From NCBI GenBank assembly GCA_000388065.2, contig KB932202.1: a stretch of DNA of 48,832 bases; one strand, written 5' to 3'. The notes beneath the pieces are model-generated. The model searched no databases. It was given only the letters and a program-made list of their open reading frames with translations, and had not been told where the DNA came from. The stretch is from Fonticula alba ATCC 38817 (Eukaryota; Protista; Nucleariida). The position numbers and the translations under genes were made by a program. Positions within the stretch are counted from its first letter, which is position 1, and each line of letters opens with the position of its first letter. Shown piece by piece: positions 1-12,215 of this stretch.

Positions 1-230
1 GGCGGCCCGCGGTCAGACTCCCCCCCCCCCCCTCTCGTCTTTCCCCCCCGCCCGCTTACCCGGCCTCCTTCTCGGATTCGCGCACGCCCTCTTCCTCCCT
101 CTCTCTCTCTCTCTCTCTCTCCCCCCCCTCACTGCCCCGTCCCTCCGTCCCTCTCTTTGCCTGTCTCCCCCCCCTCCCCCTCTCCCCTCGCCTGGAGCTC
201 CTTTCTCCCGGACACAGCCCATACCCCAGC

Positions 231-602
231 ATGGCCGGCCCGAAGCTTGAGATCTACCGCATGGCGGTGTACCTGATGTTCCCGGTTGTGGCCTTCTATT
301 ACTTCAACCTGCCGGAGTACCGGGCCAAGCATGTTGAGCCGCACGGGCTCTACCCGCCGAAGGAGCTGGTCTACCAGTCTGGCGGGCCAAATGGCATCCC
401 CCAGACCGAGGTGGAGCTACGCGCGCGGCTGGAGCAGATTCGCGAGGAGCGCCGGGCCATGCGCCTGGCCCGCGAGGCTGCCGCCGCCGCCGCCGCGCCC
501 GCCGAGGGCGAGGGCTCCACGGAAGAGGCCGAGGAGGTTGACTCGGCATCCGCCACCCCGGTCACTGACCACCTCCTGGCCAAGGGTGCCCTGTCTGGCT
601 GA
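231..602 (+). CDS. PET100: PET100-family cytochrome c oxidase assembly chaperone, single exon, 123 aa
   Basis: The N-terminus KLEIYRMAVYLMFPVVAFYYFNLPEY matches the recalled human PET100 motif KLEIFRMIIYLTFPVAMFW. One TM segment is followed by a charged coiled-coil (ELRARLEQIREERR) and an Ala/acidic tail. Confidence 0.85.
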   Translation: MAGPKLEIYRMAVYLMFPVVAFYYFNLPEYRAKHVEPHGLYPPKELVYQSGGPNGIPQTEVELRARLEQIREERRAMRLAREAAAAAAAPAEGEGSTEEAEEVDSASATPVTDHLLAKGALSG

Positions 603-1119
603 GTGCCCCCCCGGGGGGGGGGGGGGGGGGGGGCGCAAATGGCCCCCGGCTCCCACCTCCGGCTCCAAACTCCCTACTCCCTCTCGCCTCTTCCCTTCCT
701 TTGTTTTGTCCTTCTTCCCGATCCCTGTCTGCGCGTGTATGCGCCTGGAGGGGGAGAGGACAGGGCAAAAGGGGGGAATACACACACGTGCACGTGCATA
801 GATGCGCCTCGACCCTCCTCCCCCCCCCCCTCCCGAAAACCGAATACACCTCTCCCTTGTCTACCGGGTGACGCATGCGCCTGTGGCTGTCCATCTTGTT
901 TTTCTTCTGCGCGCCTCCCCGTTCCTGCTCTGCATCTGCCCGAAAAGGCTCCCATGGTGTCCTCTCCCTCCGTTGGCCCCGGGCTTGGGGTCCCCTTTTG
1001 CAGTGTCAGCAGCGTGTGTTTATTTTGTTTTTTTTTTTGCAGCCTAGCAGCAGCTCCACCTTCGCCCCCCTCCCTCCCTGGGGAGGAGGGCTCCCCTGCC
1101 TCATCTGCCATGACACAGG

Positions 1120-3300
1120 TCATGAGGTGGAGGAGGAGGAGGAGGAGGAGGAGGAGGAGGACCCTGGCGCATAGGCCGTCTGCATCAGAAGCAGGTACTC
1201 ATGCCAGGGCCCATCACAGGCCGGGCTGGCACAGGGGCCGGAGGTGGTGGCGTCAGCACCGGCGGCCAGCTGCGCGGCGATGCTGGCCGGCTGGCAGCCA
1301 GGCATGCCGCAGGGCTGGCTCATTGTCTTGAAGACATCCAAGTCCAGGTCGTAGTCGGCGCTGCCGGGCTTCGGGGTCGGGTAGGCTCGCGACAGGCCAT
1401 CAATGATGACCGACAGGGCGGGGTTGTGGCTGTGCGAACCGGCAGCATCCACGGCATCGGCGGCTGGGGGGGCCACCGAGAAGTCCTCCCTCGACTGGGA
1501 GTGTGACCGGGAGCGCTGGGCCGTCAAGTCGGCCAGTAGGCTCGGGTCCACCGGCGGCTGCCGGGCGATCTCATCGCGGATGGCCGCCTCCACCCGCTCC
1601 AGGTAGCGCCGGGTGTAGGCAAAGGTGCCGGTCCGGCGCACACACGAGACCGCATAGTCAAGGAGCTCACTCTCGGCGGTGCGCTGCTTGAGAATGTCTG
1701 TGTGCGTGTGTGTGTGCGCGTGTGTGTGCGTGTGTGTGTGTGCGTGTGTGTGTATGTTTGGACGGCGGTCAGGAGGTGAGAGAGAGAGAGAGAGGCCGGG
1801 CGAGAGGAGTGGGCCTTTTGCTGGGGGAGAGGGGGGGCATGCGCCCAAGTGGAGGAGGAAGAAGGGTCCTCGACGTACTCAGGAGCTGGGTGTCGGAAGC
1901 CGTGCGCACCGAATGGCTGATGAGGAAGGAAAACTTCCCCTCGGTGATGTCTTCGCAGTAGCCCTTGTTCTTCTGATACTGTGTGTGCGTTGGGATCGGG
2001 ACGGTCAGGAGAAGCTACTCCGCATGGCCGGCCAGGGCGCAGCCGCCCAGGCAGGATCTCAAGGAGGGGGGGGGGAGGCGGGGAGGTGATGGACAGGCAA
2101 GGCAAGGAGACGGGGAGACACGGGGGGGAAAGGGCATGGAGGAAGCCGGAGAAGGAGGAGGGGGCCGCCAGGCGTACAGATGAGGAGGAGAGATTGACAT
2201 AGTCATCGCGGATTTGGAAGTGGATGCCGATCAGGTTCACCAGGGGAATGAGGTTGCTAAGCAGGGCGGGAGGCCGGATCAGCATGCGCGCAGCATGAGC
2301 AAGGGAGAGAGGCGAGAGGGGGGAAGCGGTGGGGTTCGAGCGCAGGCCGACGCCAAATGGATGCGCGCACCCTTGGTAGCTGGAGAAAACCTGCATCAGC
2401 TTGACGCCCAGGCGCAGCAAGCCGCCGGTCTCTGCAGGGGATGGACCGAAAGAGGGAGGGGGGGGGGGGGGGGAGAGGGATCAGTGGTCAGTGACTGGGG
2501 CCGGGCGCGTGGGGACAGCGAGAAGACGCGGTGCCCAGGGCCCATGCGCGCGGACGCACTATAGTCGATCATATGCAGGTACTCGGTTTCCGAGGGGCAG
2601 CGAACCGAGTCACGCCAGAAGAGGTCCATCCCTTGGCCGCGGTGGAGGTTGCACAGCTCCTTGGTGTAGATGACCACACAGCGCGACGCATACTCCGGAC
2701 TCAGGGCCAGGAGCTTCTCCAAGGCCCGGAAGTAGACGTAGTTCGCGCAGTTGATCGTCTGCGCAGGGCCGTAGATGAGGTGGGCGGCTGCAAAGCGCCG
2801 GCAGCCGGCCGGCCACCCGTGTCAGCATTGGTGAGGGCGGTCGAGGGGGCGGGGGCGCGCCGGCCACGGAGGAGGACAGACGCACCTGGCAGGCCGCGGC
2901 GCAGAGATGACCCGTCCTGGATGTCATCAATCAGCAGGCTGGAGTTGTGCAGCATCTCCACAACCTCCTTGACCACTTCCAAGGCCTCGGCAGGGACCCG
3001 GAGCCAGAGGTTGAAGGCCTCAATCAGCATCGACCGGACGTTTTTGCCCGGCGTCGAGGTCAGGTAGGTGTACGGCTCCAGGAGGGTCTGTGTCCGGGAG
3101 AGGGGGAGGGGAGGGGGGGGGGGGATTTTTCGATGTGCGTGCATGCAGGACGCCAGGAAGATCCGCAAGGAGAGAGGGGCCGCAGATGCCGGGGTCAGGA
3201 TCGGGACGCGAGAGATCGCAGGTGGAGTCCCACGGGGAGGGGAGCAAACGAGACAAACCTTTTCCATCTGGCCGTCGATGCGGCTGGCCAGACCGCTCAT
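1120..3300 (-). CDS. GGPS1: Geranylgeranyl diphosphate synthase, type III (GGPS1/BTS1-like), 7 exons, ~429 aa
   Basis: Exons 3300-3259, 3087-2886, 2787-2560, 2431-2371, 2256-2178, 1978-1879 and 1697-1120 join in frame through GT-AG introns. Motifs: [78 protein letters not shown]. An alternative in-frame ATG lies at 3357. Confidence 0.95.
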
Positions 3301-4370
3301 GGCGGAAGACGGGGCAGGGTGCGGACTGGCAGTGGTGGCGTCCGGGCAGGTGGTCATCGAGGGGGCAGGTGGGGGATGCTGACCAGGAAGAAGAAAGGGG
3401 GGAGGAGGGCAAACAGAGGCGGGGGCCGAGTGGGAAGAGAAACGGAACACAAGAGCGGCGGGAGGGGCAGGAGGGCGGGCATGTGGTGTCTCAGCGCGGC
3501 GGGCCAGCCGGTCACCATGGAGGTTGAAATATCCGCCCGCCCAGTATGCCAGTGCGCTCGGGGCAAGAGGGAAGGGCCGGCGGCAGGCGTCCCGGGTGCG
3601 GGAGACCCCTCCTGCCCCCCCCCCTTTCGATGCAAGCGCAGACGACATCCACCCAGTCACCTGGGGGGGGGGGGGGGCGGGGGATTCGGCGATCTAGCGC
3701 GCCTGCCCAGGCGGGAGCGAGCCGCCTCCACGGGCCAGTCAATGGGCCTCTTTGGCGATAGATCTCGCCGCGGTCTCCGGACGCCGGGGCAGCAAATGCC
3801 TCTGCCCTTGCGGGGCGACTGGAAAGTGATTCGTCATGTTGTCTTCCCGCAGATGGGGAACACCCAACGAACGGGCCGGAGTTAAGGACGCCAGGGGGCG
3901 CTTGTTCCCCCCCCCCCCCCCCCGCTGCACCAGTGGTAGACTCGGCACGGCAACCAGCGTGCGGGCCCCGGCCGTGTTGACGCCTGCCAAAGAGGACGGC
4001 TTGGTCGGGCAAGCAGGGCAGCCGGCGGGGAAGGCCGGCCCGGCTGCCATTGCCCTCATCATGCCCAGGGAGACAATGGTATCCTCCCCCGGCGCCCCCC
4101 CCCCCCTCCCCGCCCGTCGGGGGGCCCTTGGCCCGAGCGTCGTCCAGCAGACAAAAGTCGAATGTGTGGGTGTATTTCTCTCGTCCACGCGGCCGGAGGA
4201 GGGTGCCCCACACGGGAAAGAGGTCCCCCCCCCCCACGCACCAAAGAGGGCACGCATACGCCTGCCGGACACAGAGGGGGAGGGGGGGGGGGCACAAAAT
4301 GAAAGGCGAAGCGGCCCAGGCGCGGGGCAAGGAAAAGGCCAGCGCCCTTGCCCGGCCTCCGTCCCTGCCA

Positions 4371-6441
4371 CTAATAGTGGGGACGGTAGGAGTAGCCAGG
4401 GCCGCCCGGCGGCGGGGGCCCACCATAGAAGGAGGGCACCCCACCGGGGGGAGGTGCGCCGTACGGGCCGCCACCGTAGGGCGGGCCGCCCGGCGGGCCG
4501 CCATACGGGTTGTATGGCGAGGAATACGGCGCGCCGCCGGGGTACGACGGACCCCCGGCCGGGGGATACCCAGCGAAGCCCGGGCCACCTGGGGCCCCGC
4601 CCGGAGCCGAGTAGCCGCCGGGAGGGCCGCCGTACGCCGGGGAGTAGCCGCCGGGGCCGGCACCAGGCCCGCCGGGCCCGCCATACGGGCTGTACGAGTA
4701 GCCGGGGTCGCCGTAGGGGGCGCCGTAGGGAGCCCCGCCCGAGGACGGTCCATGCGCAGACTCGCCGCCCAGGTAGCCGCCACTGCCGGGGTAGGCCGGC
4801 TGCTCGGGCGAATCCGGCGAGTCTGGCGCCGGAGCACCGTACGGCGTGCTGCCAGCGGCCGAGGAGCCATAGGGCGTGCTGCCGGCGGCCGAGGGAGGGC
4901 CATACGGCGAGGGGCCGGCCGCCGAGGGGGGACCATACGGCGAGGGGCCGGCCGCCGAGCCGCCGGGCGGGCCATAGGGCGAGGCCCCGGTCCCGGGCCC
5001 GGCCCCGGCGGCGGGGGTGCCGCCATATGGCGAGGGGCTGGCACCACCCGGCGCCCCATAGGAGGCGCTGCCGCCGCTGCCGGAGGAGGAGCCGCCCGGG
5101 CCGCCGTAAGGCGTGCTGCCGGGGGCGTGCCCGCTCGCGGCAGACGGCGCCCCATAGGGCGAGGAGCCTGGCGCTGGGCCGCCGGCCTCCGGAGCCTCCG
5201 ACGAAGAGGGCGTCCCGTACGGGTGGCCACCGTGGCCGCTGCCACCGGAGGCGCCCGATGCAGGGACACCGTACGGCGAGGAGTCCGGCGCCGGGGCCCC
5301 GTAGGGGGAACTGCCAGGCGCGCCGTACGGGGCACCGCCGCTGCCGGCGCTGCTGCCGGTGCCCGGCGGGCCGTACGGGCTGCTGCCGGTGTTGCTGGAG
5401 CCCGGGGCGCCGTAGGGAGAGCCAGCGGAGCCCGGGGCACCGTAGGGGGTGCCGCCGGAGCCCGGAGCCGCGCCATATGGGGCACTGCCGCCGCCGCTGC
5501 CGCTGCCACCGGTGCCGGAGCCCGGGGCGCCGTATGGGGCGCTGCCCCCGCCGGACGAGGAGGAGGAGGAGGAGGAGGAGGGCGGACCATAGGGCGAGGG
5601 GCCCGCAGCCGAGGCGCCGCCATACGGCGCATTGCTGGGGCCGCTACCGGGGCCGGCGCCCGATGGGCCGGGCCCAGGGGTGCCATACCCCGACGGGGCA
5701 GCCGCACCGTACGGCGCATTCGACGGAGCGGCAGCCCCGCCCGTGGTGGAGGCACCCGGCGCGGCGCCGCCCCCGGGGGCCGGACCGCCGCCATACGGCG
5801 TGCCACTGCCAGCGCCAGGGGCCCCGTAGGGCGAGCCGCCCGGAGCCGGCATGCCGTACGGCGAGCCGCCCGGGGCCGGTGCACCGCTCGAAGAGGCGCC
5901 CGGACCCCCGCCGTAAGGGGCCCCGCCGGCGCCGCCAGTCGACGACGAGCCCGGCACCGACGCCCCGTACGGGGCGCTGCCACCGGTCGACGGAGCGCCG
6001 CCGCCATAGGGACCGCCGCCGGCAGCCGACGGGGCGCCACCCCCATAGGGGGAGGACCCGCCAGCGGCCGGGGCCGCGCCCGAGCCCGGGGGGTCGTACG
6101 ACGTGCCGCCAGCGGGCGCGCCATACGCAGCCGGTGCGCCGTACGGAGAAGGGCTGGACCCGGGGGCCGGCGCCCCGCTGCCATAGGGCCCGCCACCGGA
6201 GGAGGAGGAGGAGGAGGAGCCCGGCCCGGAGGCCGGAGCCCCATACGGACCGGCCACCGACCCGGACGAGGCGCCATACGGCGACGAGCCGGCCGTGGGA
6301 GCGGTGGACGAAGCAGGCGCACTACCATACGACGAGCTGACGCCGGGAGCCGGGGCCCCGTAAGGGCCACTGGCACCGGGGGCGGGGGCGCCGTACGGCG
6401 TGGCCCCGGTGCCCGAGGCAGGGGCGCCATACGGTGCGGAA

Positions 6442-6478
<37 letters not shown>

Positions 6479-9400
6479 TGGCACTGCTCGCGGCAGCCGA
6501 GGAACCATAGGGAGTCGCGGAGGACCCGCCATACGGCGCCCCGGAGGACGACCCGTATGGCATGGCGGAGGACGAGCCATACGGGGCCGGGGCCATGGGG
6601 GCCGGCCCGGCACCCGACGACGGGCCCGAGCCATAGGGGGCCGGGGCCGCCGGGGTGGCCGGCGCAGCCGACCCCGCGCCACTCGGGGCACCATACGGGG
6701 CCGGGGCGCCCGGCCCGGCACCCGACCCAGCCGAGGGCCCATACCCCGACGACGGGGCGCCGCCCGGAGCACCGGCAGCTCCGCCATACGCCCCGCCCGG
6801 GCCACTCGAGGAGGAGCCGTACGGCCCGCCCGGGGCCCCATAGGGGGTGGCGCCGGGGGCGCCGTGCGGCCGGGCCGGCAGCGGCGGCGCCGACCCACCG
6901 GCGCCGCCCGACCCGCCAGCCAGCTGCTGCACCTCCGACTTGAGGACCGACTCGTACTTGGAGTCGCGCTCGGCGCGCACCGCCTCCAGGCGCTGGTCGC
7001 GCTCCGCACGCCGGGCGGCCGCCTGCTGCTCGGTGTCCCGAGCCAGCTGCCCAAGCGTGCGCGTCAGGTCCTGGTAAAACTGCGTGCCATACTGGATGTC
7101 CTGCAGCAGGGTCAAGTAGAGGCTGGCATGCGTGGACAGGCGCGAGTCCACCAGGCCCCGCTGGGAGTAGGCTCCGGTGCCGGCGCTGGCGCCGGCCGCC
7201 CCGGCATCCGCCTCGCGCACCTGCGTCTCCAGACGCTCGTACGCCGCCAGCAGCCGGGACAGCGCGGAATCCGGCTCGCCCAGCCCCAGCAGCCGCTTGG
7301 CCCGCTGGGTGAACTCCCCGGCCAGGGCCCGATGGGGCTCCAGCGCGCGGTCCATGATGTCCGCCTCGAAGCCGGGATTCAGCAGCAGGGCCGAGGTGAG
7401 CTTCTGCCCCTCGACCTCGTCCACATCCTCGGCCTGCTGGCGCTCGGTCAGCTGGCGCAGGTCGCGCTCCAGCTCGCCGATCTCCAGGCGCAGGCCATTG
7501 ACCAGCGTCTCGATTTGCCCGATCAGCCCATGCAGCGACTGCTCCGAGGCCGGGGGAGAGCCGCTGGCCGTGCCGAGGTCCACATCCAGCAGGTGCCCCA
7601 CCGATGAGGACCCGCCCCCGGCGCCGGGGGTCAGGGACATGCGCGACGTGCCGGCGATCAGCTTGCTGATCTCCGAGTCCGACTCGGCGTCCTGCAGCAT
7701 GATGGCCACATCGCGCGCACAGTCCTGGGTGAACTGCTGCTCAATGCGGCGATCCTGCTCGGCGGCCTGGGCAAGGGGTGCACATGCATCGAAGAGCCCC
7801 CCCGGCCAGCCGCATACGTCGGCGGACGGGCGCATGGGTGCACGGGCACATGAGTGCATGGGTGGATGGGTGGATGGGTGGATGGGTGTGCGGGCACATA
7901 AATGCACAGATGCACACAGATGCACACAGATGCACACAGATGCACACAATTTCACATAAATGCACACAATTGCACACAATTGCACACAGATGCACAAATG
8001 CACACAGATGCACAAATGCACACAGATGCACACAGATGCACAGACACACACATGTGTGTGATCAAAACGAAACATGGACACACGAAGATGTGGATGCGAA
8101 AAAGAGGCGGCGGAGGCGACCGGCCAAGGGGAAACAACAAGAATCGCAGGTCAGAAACACGCGGCACGCCGACAGGCCGAAGTAAGGGACAACACGCACG
8201 GTGGCCAAATGCGACTCATACTCGGCCAGCTGCGTTTGCAGCTGGGCGAAAGCCTCATCGGTGGTCGGCATCTGCAGGGTCACCTGGTGCGGCGAGGGGC
8301 ACCCATCCTCGGCCTGGGGATTGGAGTGCAGGAACCAGGCATACATCTCGGAGTTGACCTCCTCCAGTCGGGCCAGGGCCGCCTCGTGAGCCAGCCGATC
8401 GGTGGTGATGTAGTGCTGGATCTCGGCCATCAGGTCCAGGGCATTGGTCCGCGCGGATTGGGTCACCTCCAGGCGATTTTGCAGGGTCATGCCGGTGGCC
8501 GCGAAGTCCCGGCGAACGGCCTCAACTGCGACCGGAACACCAGCCAGCAGGGAAGGACCGCGCGGGGGAAGGACAGACCCACGGGCCGGGGTCGGGGGGA
8601 AAGGAGCCGGAGGATCGTCAGACAAGGCGCCCACCGAGTGCGAGGCAGGCCGCGAAGAAAGCATCAACAGGAGGCGCGAAGGGTGTCCCCCCCCCCTCCC
8701 CCCCCCCCCCCCACGCCCGGGGTGCCATGCTTGCCATGCACGCACTCTTCGACTGGGTGCCCTCGGAGGGCGCGCCATCGGAGCTGATCATGGCACGGTA
8801 CTTGGCCAGATGCTCGAACAGCCCGTCCGCCGAGTGGGCCACAGGGGCCGCGACAAAGCGGTCAAACTCCCCCACCAGGGCGGCCAGCTGGTCGCCAGCC
8901 TCGCGATACACGCCGGACAGCTGGTGCGAGAATTGCGACACCCGCAGGTGCACCGCCATCGGGATGAGCTTCTCGAAGAGATCGGTCCCGGCCAGCTGCT
9001 CGGCCGCCTCGGCCCCCAGCGACCCGATGTACCACTCGGCCTGGGCCATGATCCGGCTTTCGACCGGAACCAGCTCCCCGGGCTTCGGCACCCGGGCCAG
9101 GTAAATCAGATTGTTGTCCTTGGTCAGGGTGGCCGACAGGGTGGCCAGAGGCCCGGCATAGAAGGTGAGCAGCTCACTCAGGGCATTCACCGGCGGGGAG
9201 GACTTCTTCTTCAGGGACTCCTGCAGATCCTTCAGCAGCTCGCTGGCGTGCAGACCATTGCCGAGCATCTGCTCGATGTGGTGGGTGTCGTAACTCCCGC
9301 AGAAGGACACCGACGACAGGTAGTGCGTCAGCATCAGGTAGAAGGCATGCTTGGCCCGGATGGTGTCATGCCAGGCAGCCGGGAGCGCGTCGGCCGGCAG

Positions 9401-10721
9401 GATCTTGTACGGGATGTCGGCCGGGAAGTTGCCCGGCTGAAGCTGCTGGCAGATGGCCAGCGGCCCGGAGTACAAGTCCACCACCCCGCGAGCCACCGTG
9501 GCCAGGGTCTTGGGCTTCATGCCGGAGTTGAGCGCCCGGAACAGGAGACACTGTCCGGCCGCCAGGGCCCGCGGAAAGCGCGAAGGACGAGAACCGGCAG
9601 CGAGCGGGGGACGGGTCAGCTTGGGTCGGGGGAAGGAAGCAAGGGCTGCCAGCCGCGGAGAGGGGGCCAGGAGGCAGCGGAGAGGGAAAAGAGGGTGGGT
9701 GGGAGCCCCCGGGGGGGGGGGAGATCGAGCGGGGCCGGGAAAGGCGCACCTCCTGCGACTGGGCCAGCATCAGCTTCTCCAGCAGGAAGAGCATCGGGTG
9801 CGACATGTCGAAGGAGGGCGAGTCGCAGAAGTCCGTCAACAGGCGGTGGAAGGATCCGGCGGCAAATTGGTACAGCCGGTACGCCTCATTGAAAGAGGGA
9901 GAGGTATTGCTATACCCGGGCAGAGGGAGGGAGAGGGAGGGGCCGGTGTCAGAATGAGCGAGCAGAGGGGCCGGCAACATGGACACCGAGCGCGGCCCCG
10001 GCCGCGGCACAAATCAAAGCAGCCGCGCGACGGGGCCCGCCACATACCTGATGGCATTGAAGGCCATGCGCGCGAGGATGGCCCCGACATTGAAGAGGAT
10101 GGACGACCGTTCGAAGGCGGCCACCTTGCGCGAGGCCGTGATCCCGGAGAAGGCGTCCTTCCACTGGAAGGGGATGCGCAGCGGCGGCATCACCAACGCC
10201 GGGTCATCGGACTCCGCCTCGTGGGTGGCCGGGCTGCCGGGCTCCTGCGACTGGCTGCCGGCCGGATTGGTCATCGGGAAGTGCAGGGAAAAGTACTCAA
10301 ACTGCGCATAGTACTTGAGCAGGGCATTGAGCGAGCGCTCGCAGCCCACTTGACGATGGGCGCTCGACGCGGCCACCGACGTCGGGGAGCTCGGCGCCGT
10401 GGCCTTGCGGAAGACCGACGAGAGGATTTGCTGGGCCCCGGCGCCGGCGCCGGCGCCCGGGCCGCTGCTCGGCGTGCTGGTGTTCTCCGGCAGTCGGACA
10501 TCCAGGCTGCTGACCGATGAGGCGCTGGCGCGCAGACGCGACAGCTCCTCCAGCGCCCCGGCAAAGTCCTGCCGCGGCTGCTGATACACCTCCTCGATGT
10601 AGGTGCCCAGGATGGACGAGTAGTCTCCCAGGTCGGGGCAGATCTTCAGCGGGACATTCAGCATGGTGCCGGCCATCAGGCCCGGCGAGGGGCTGGGGAT
10701 GGACGCGGTGGTGGTGTCCAT
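4371..10721 (-). CDS. BRO1: Bro1/ALIX-family ESCRT adaptor: Bro1 domain + V domain + very long Pro/Gly/Ser/Tyr tail, 5 exons, ~1,786 aa
   Basis: Exons 10721-10048, 9909-9750, 9550-8746, 8525-8200 and 7766-4371 are in frame. Bro1 motifs: LLKYYAQ, FQWKDAF, FERSSILFNVG, YQFAAGSF, LMLAQSQE, NNLIYLARVP, LFEKLIP. V-domain motif: DIQYGTQFYQDL. No phosphatase domain. The start (10721 or 10676) is uncertain because an assembly gap begins at 10748, and orthology among ALIX/Bro1/Rim20/HD-PTP is unresolved. Confidence 0.88.
4374..6920 (-). repeat. Coding low-complexity repeat: ~48 PYG motifs in Gly/Ser/Ala/Pro spacers (~850 aa)
   Basis: Manual count of PYG in the 4371..8081 ORF translation after EVQQLA; typical units are SPYGAP, TPYG, GPYGG. 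Confidence 0.95.
7901..8045. repeat. Intronic minisatellite, ~10-bp unit TGCACACAGA
   Basis: Tandem imperfect copies of tgcacacaga/tgcacacaat/tgcacaaa inside predicted BRO1 intron 8199-7767. Confidence 0.85.
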
Positions 10722-10747
10722 CTCGCAGAGCGGGGTGAGGGGGGGGG

Positions 10748-11126
10748 NNNNNNNNNNNNNNNNNNNNNNNNNNNNNNNNNNNNNNNNNNNNNNNNNNNNN
10801 NNNNNNNNNNNNNNNNNNNNNNNNNNNNNNNNNNNNNNNNNNNNNNNNNNNNNNNNNNNNNNNNNNNNNNNNNNNNNNNNNNNNNNNNNNNNNNNNNNNN
10901 NNNNNNNNNNNNNNNNNNNNNNNNNNNNNNNNNNNNNNNNNNNNNNNNNNNNNNNNNNNNNNNNNNNNNNNNNNNNNNNNNNNNNNNNNNNNNNNNNNNN
11001 NNNNNNNNNNNNNNNNNNNNNNNNNNNNNNNNNNNNNNNNNNNNNNNNNNNNNNNNNNNNNNNNNNNNNNNNNNNNNNNNNNNNNNNNNNNNNNNNNNNN
11101 NNNNNNNNNNNNNNNNNNNNNNNNNN
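10748..11126. other. Assembly gap (N run)
   Basis: Run of n immediately after a G homopolymer. Confidence 1.
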
Positions 11127-12215
11127 CCGCCGGGCCTTGTGCTCTGTCATCCCCCCCCCCCCCCGGGGGAGGCCCGGGCACTGGCTACCGCTGGCTGCCG
11201 GCTGTTGTGGCTGCCGGCTGACAACCGGCACACGGAGGGCAACAGTCGTCCGGCCCGGGCCCTTTTCTCGTGGGGCGGCGGGGGGGGGGGCCTACGGCCA
11301 GATCCAGCCCCCGAGACAGCCCCCGAGACAGTCCCGGCCTGGGAGAGAAGAAGGTCAGGCCTGGGGGGGGGGGGCGCCCAGGGCAGCTACTCACGGCCTT
11401 CCTATTTGGGAATGTCCTGCTCCCGAGCGGGGAACGGACGCAGCCTGGCAGCGGGCCTCAACTTCTCCCCGGGCCGGGGGGCTGGGGGGAACGGGGGGGG
11501 AAGGGGGCGGCGGGCCTATCACACTGTGGGGAACGCCGAGGGACCCCCCCGGCCCGCCCCGGCCCGCCCCGCCCGACACGCCAGCCTTCTCAAGGGGCAC
11601 TTCGGTGCTTTCCGGCTCGGCGCGTCCGTCCGCCAGCAGGGCCTGGGAGCCGCCGACCTTCGGAGCCGCTGGGCCCCGATGCATTCGCACAAGGCAGGCA
11701 GGCAGGCACGCGCGCGCGCGAGCACGCCCGCATCCGATCGAGAGAATGCACGCCAGGTTCGTTGGCAGATATGGGGCTCCTATCGGTCCCAGGGTCAGGA
11801 GGGCTGCCGGCGGAAAGCGTGGGGCGTGATCCTCGCCCGTGACTTGGCCGTGCGTAGTCGAGTTTTTGGGTGTGTTCCTGTTCGCGCGGGGCATGGCAAG
11901 GTGTGCGTGTCGGGAGGGGGAGAGAGCGAGAGAGGGAGAGAGCAGGAGGGAGCCAGGCAAGAAATGTGTTTATGTCTGTGGAGAGAAAGGTGCGCGGGAG
12001 GGGGGGGGGAGGCACAACATGATGCGACACGCAGGAACGCATGCACGGGTACACTGACACATCCCCTCCGCGTCGGCGCGCGCGCGCGCGCGCGGCTCGC
12101 CACTCTCGGCACACCAACGACCCCTCGGGCTGGCTGTATGCGCATGTACAGGTAGCCGGTCAAGGGGCGCCGCGGAGGGGGGAGGCCACAGCCGGAAGAA
12201 GGTGGCTGCACGCCC

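Noticed and set aside
231-602. Intronless PET100 among intron-rich genes as a possible retrocopy
   Set aside because: The gene is only 372 bp, and exons longer than this are common in the window; there is no poly-A remnant or target-site duplication.
3512-7607. Long overlapping ORFs (3512..7054 -, 3836..6340 +, 4050..7607 +; 834-1,185 aa)
   Set aside because: These are shadow frames of the GC-rich PYG-repeat exon. Their Arg/Ala/Gly-rich translations have no domains, and stop codons are scarce at this base composition.
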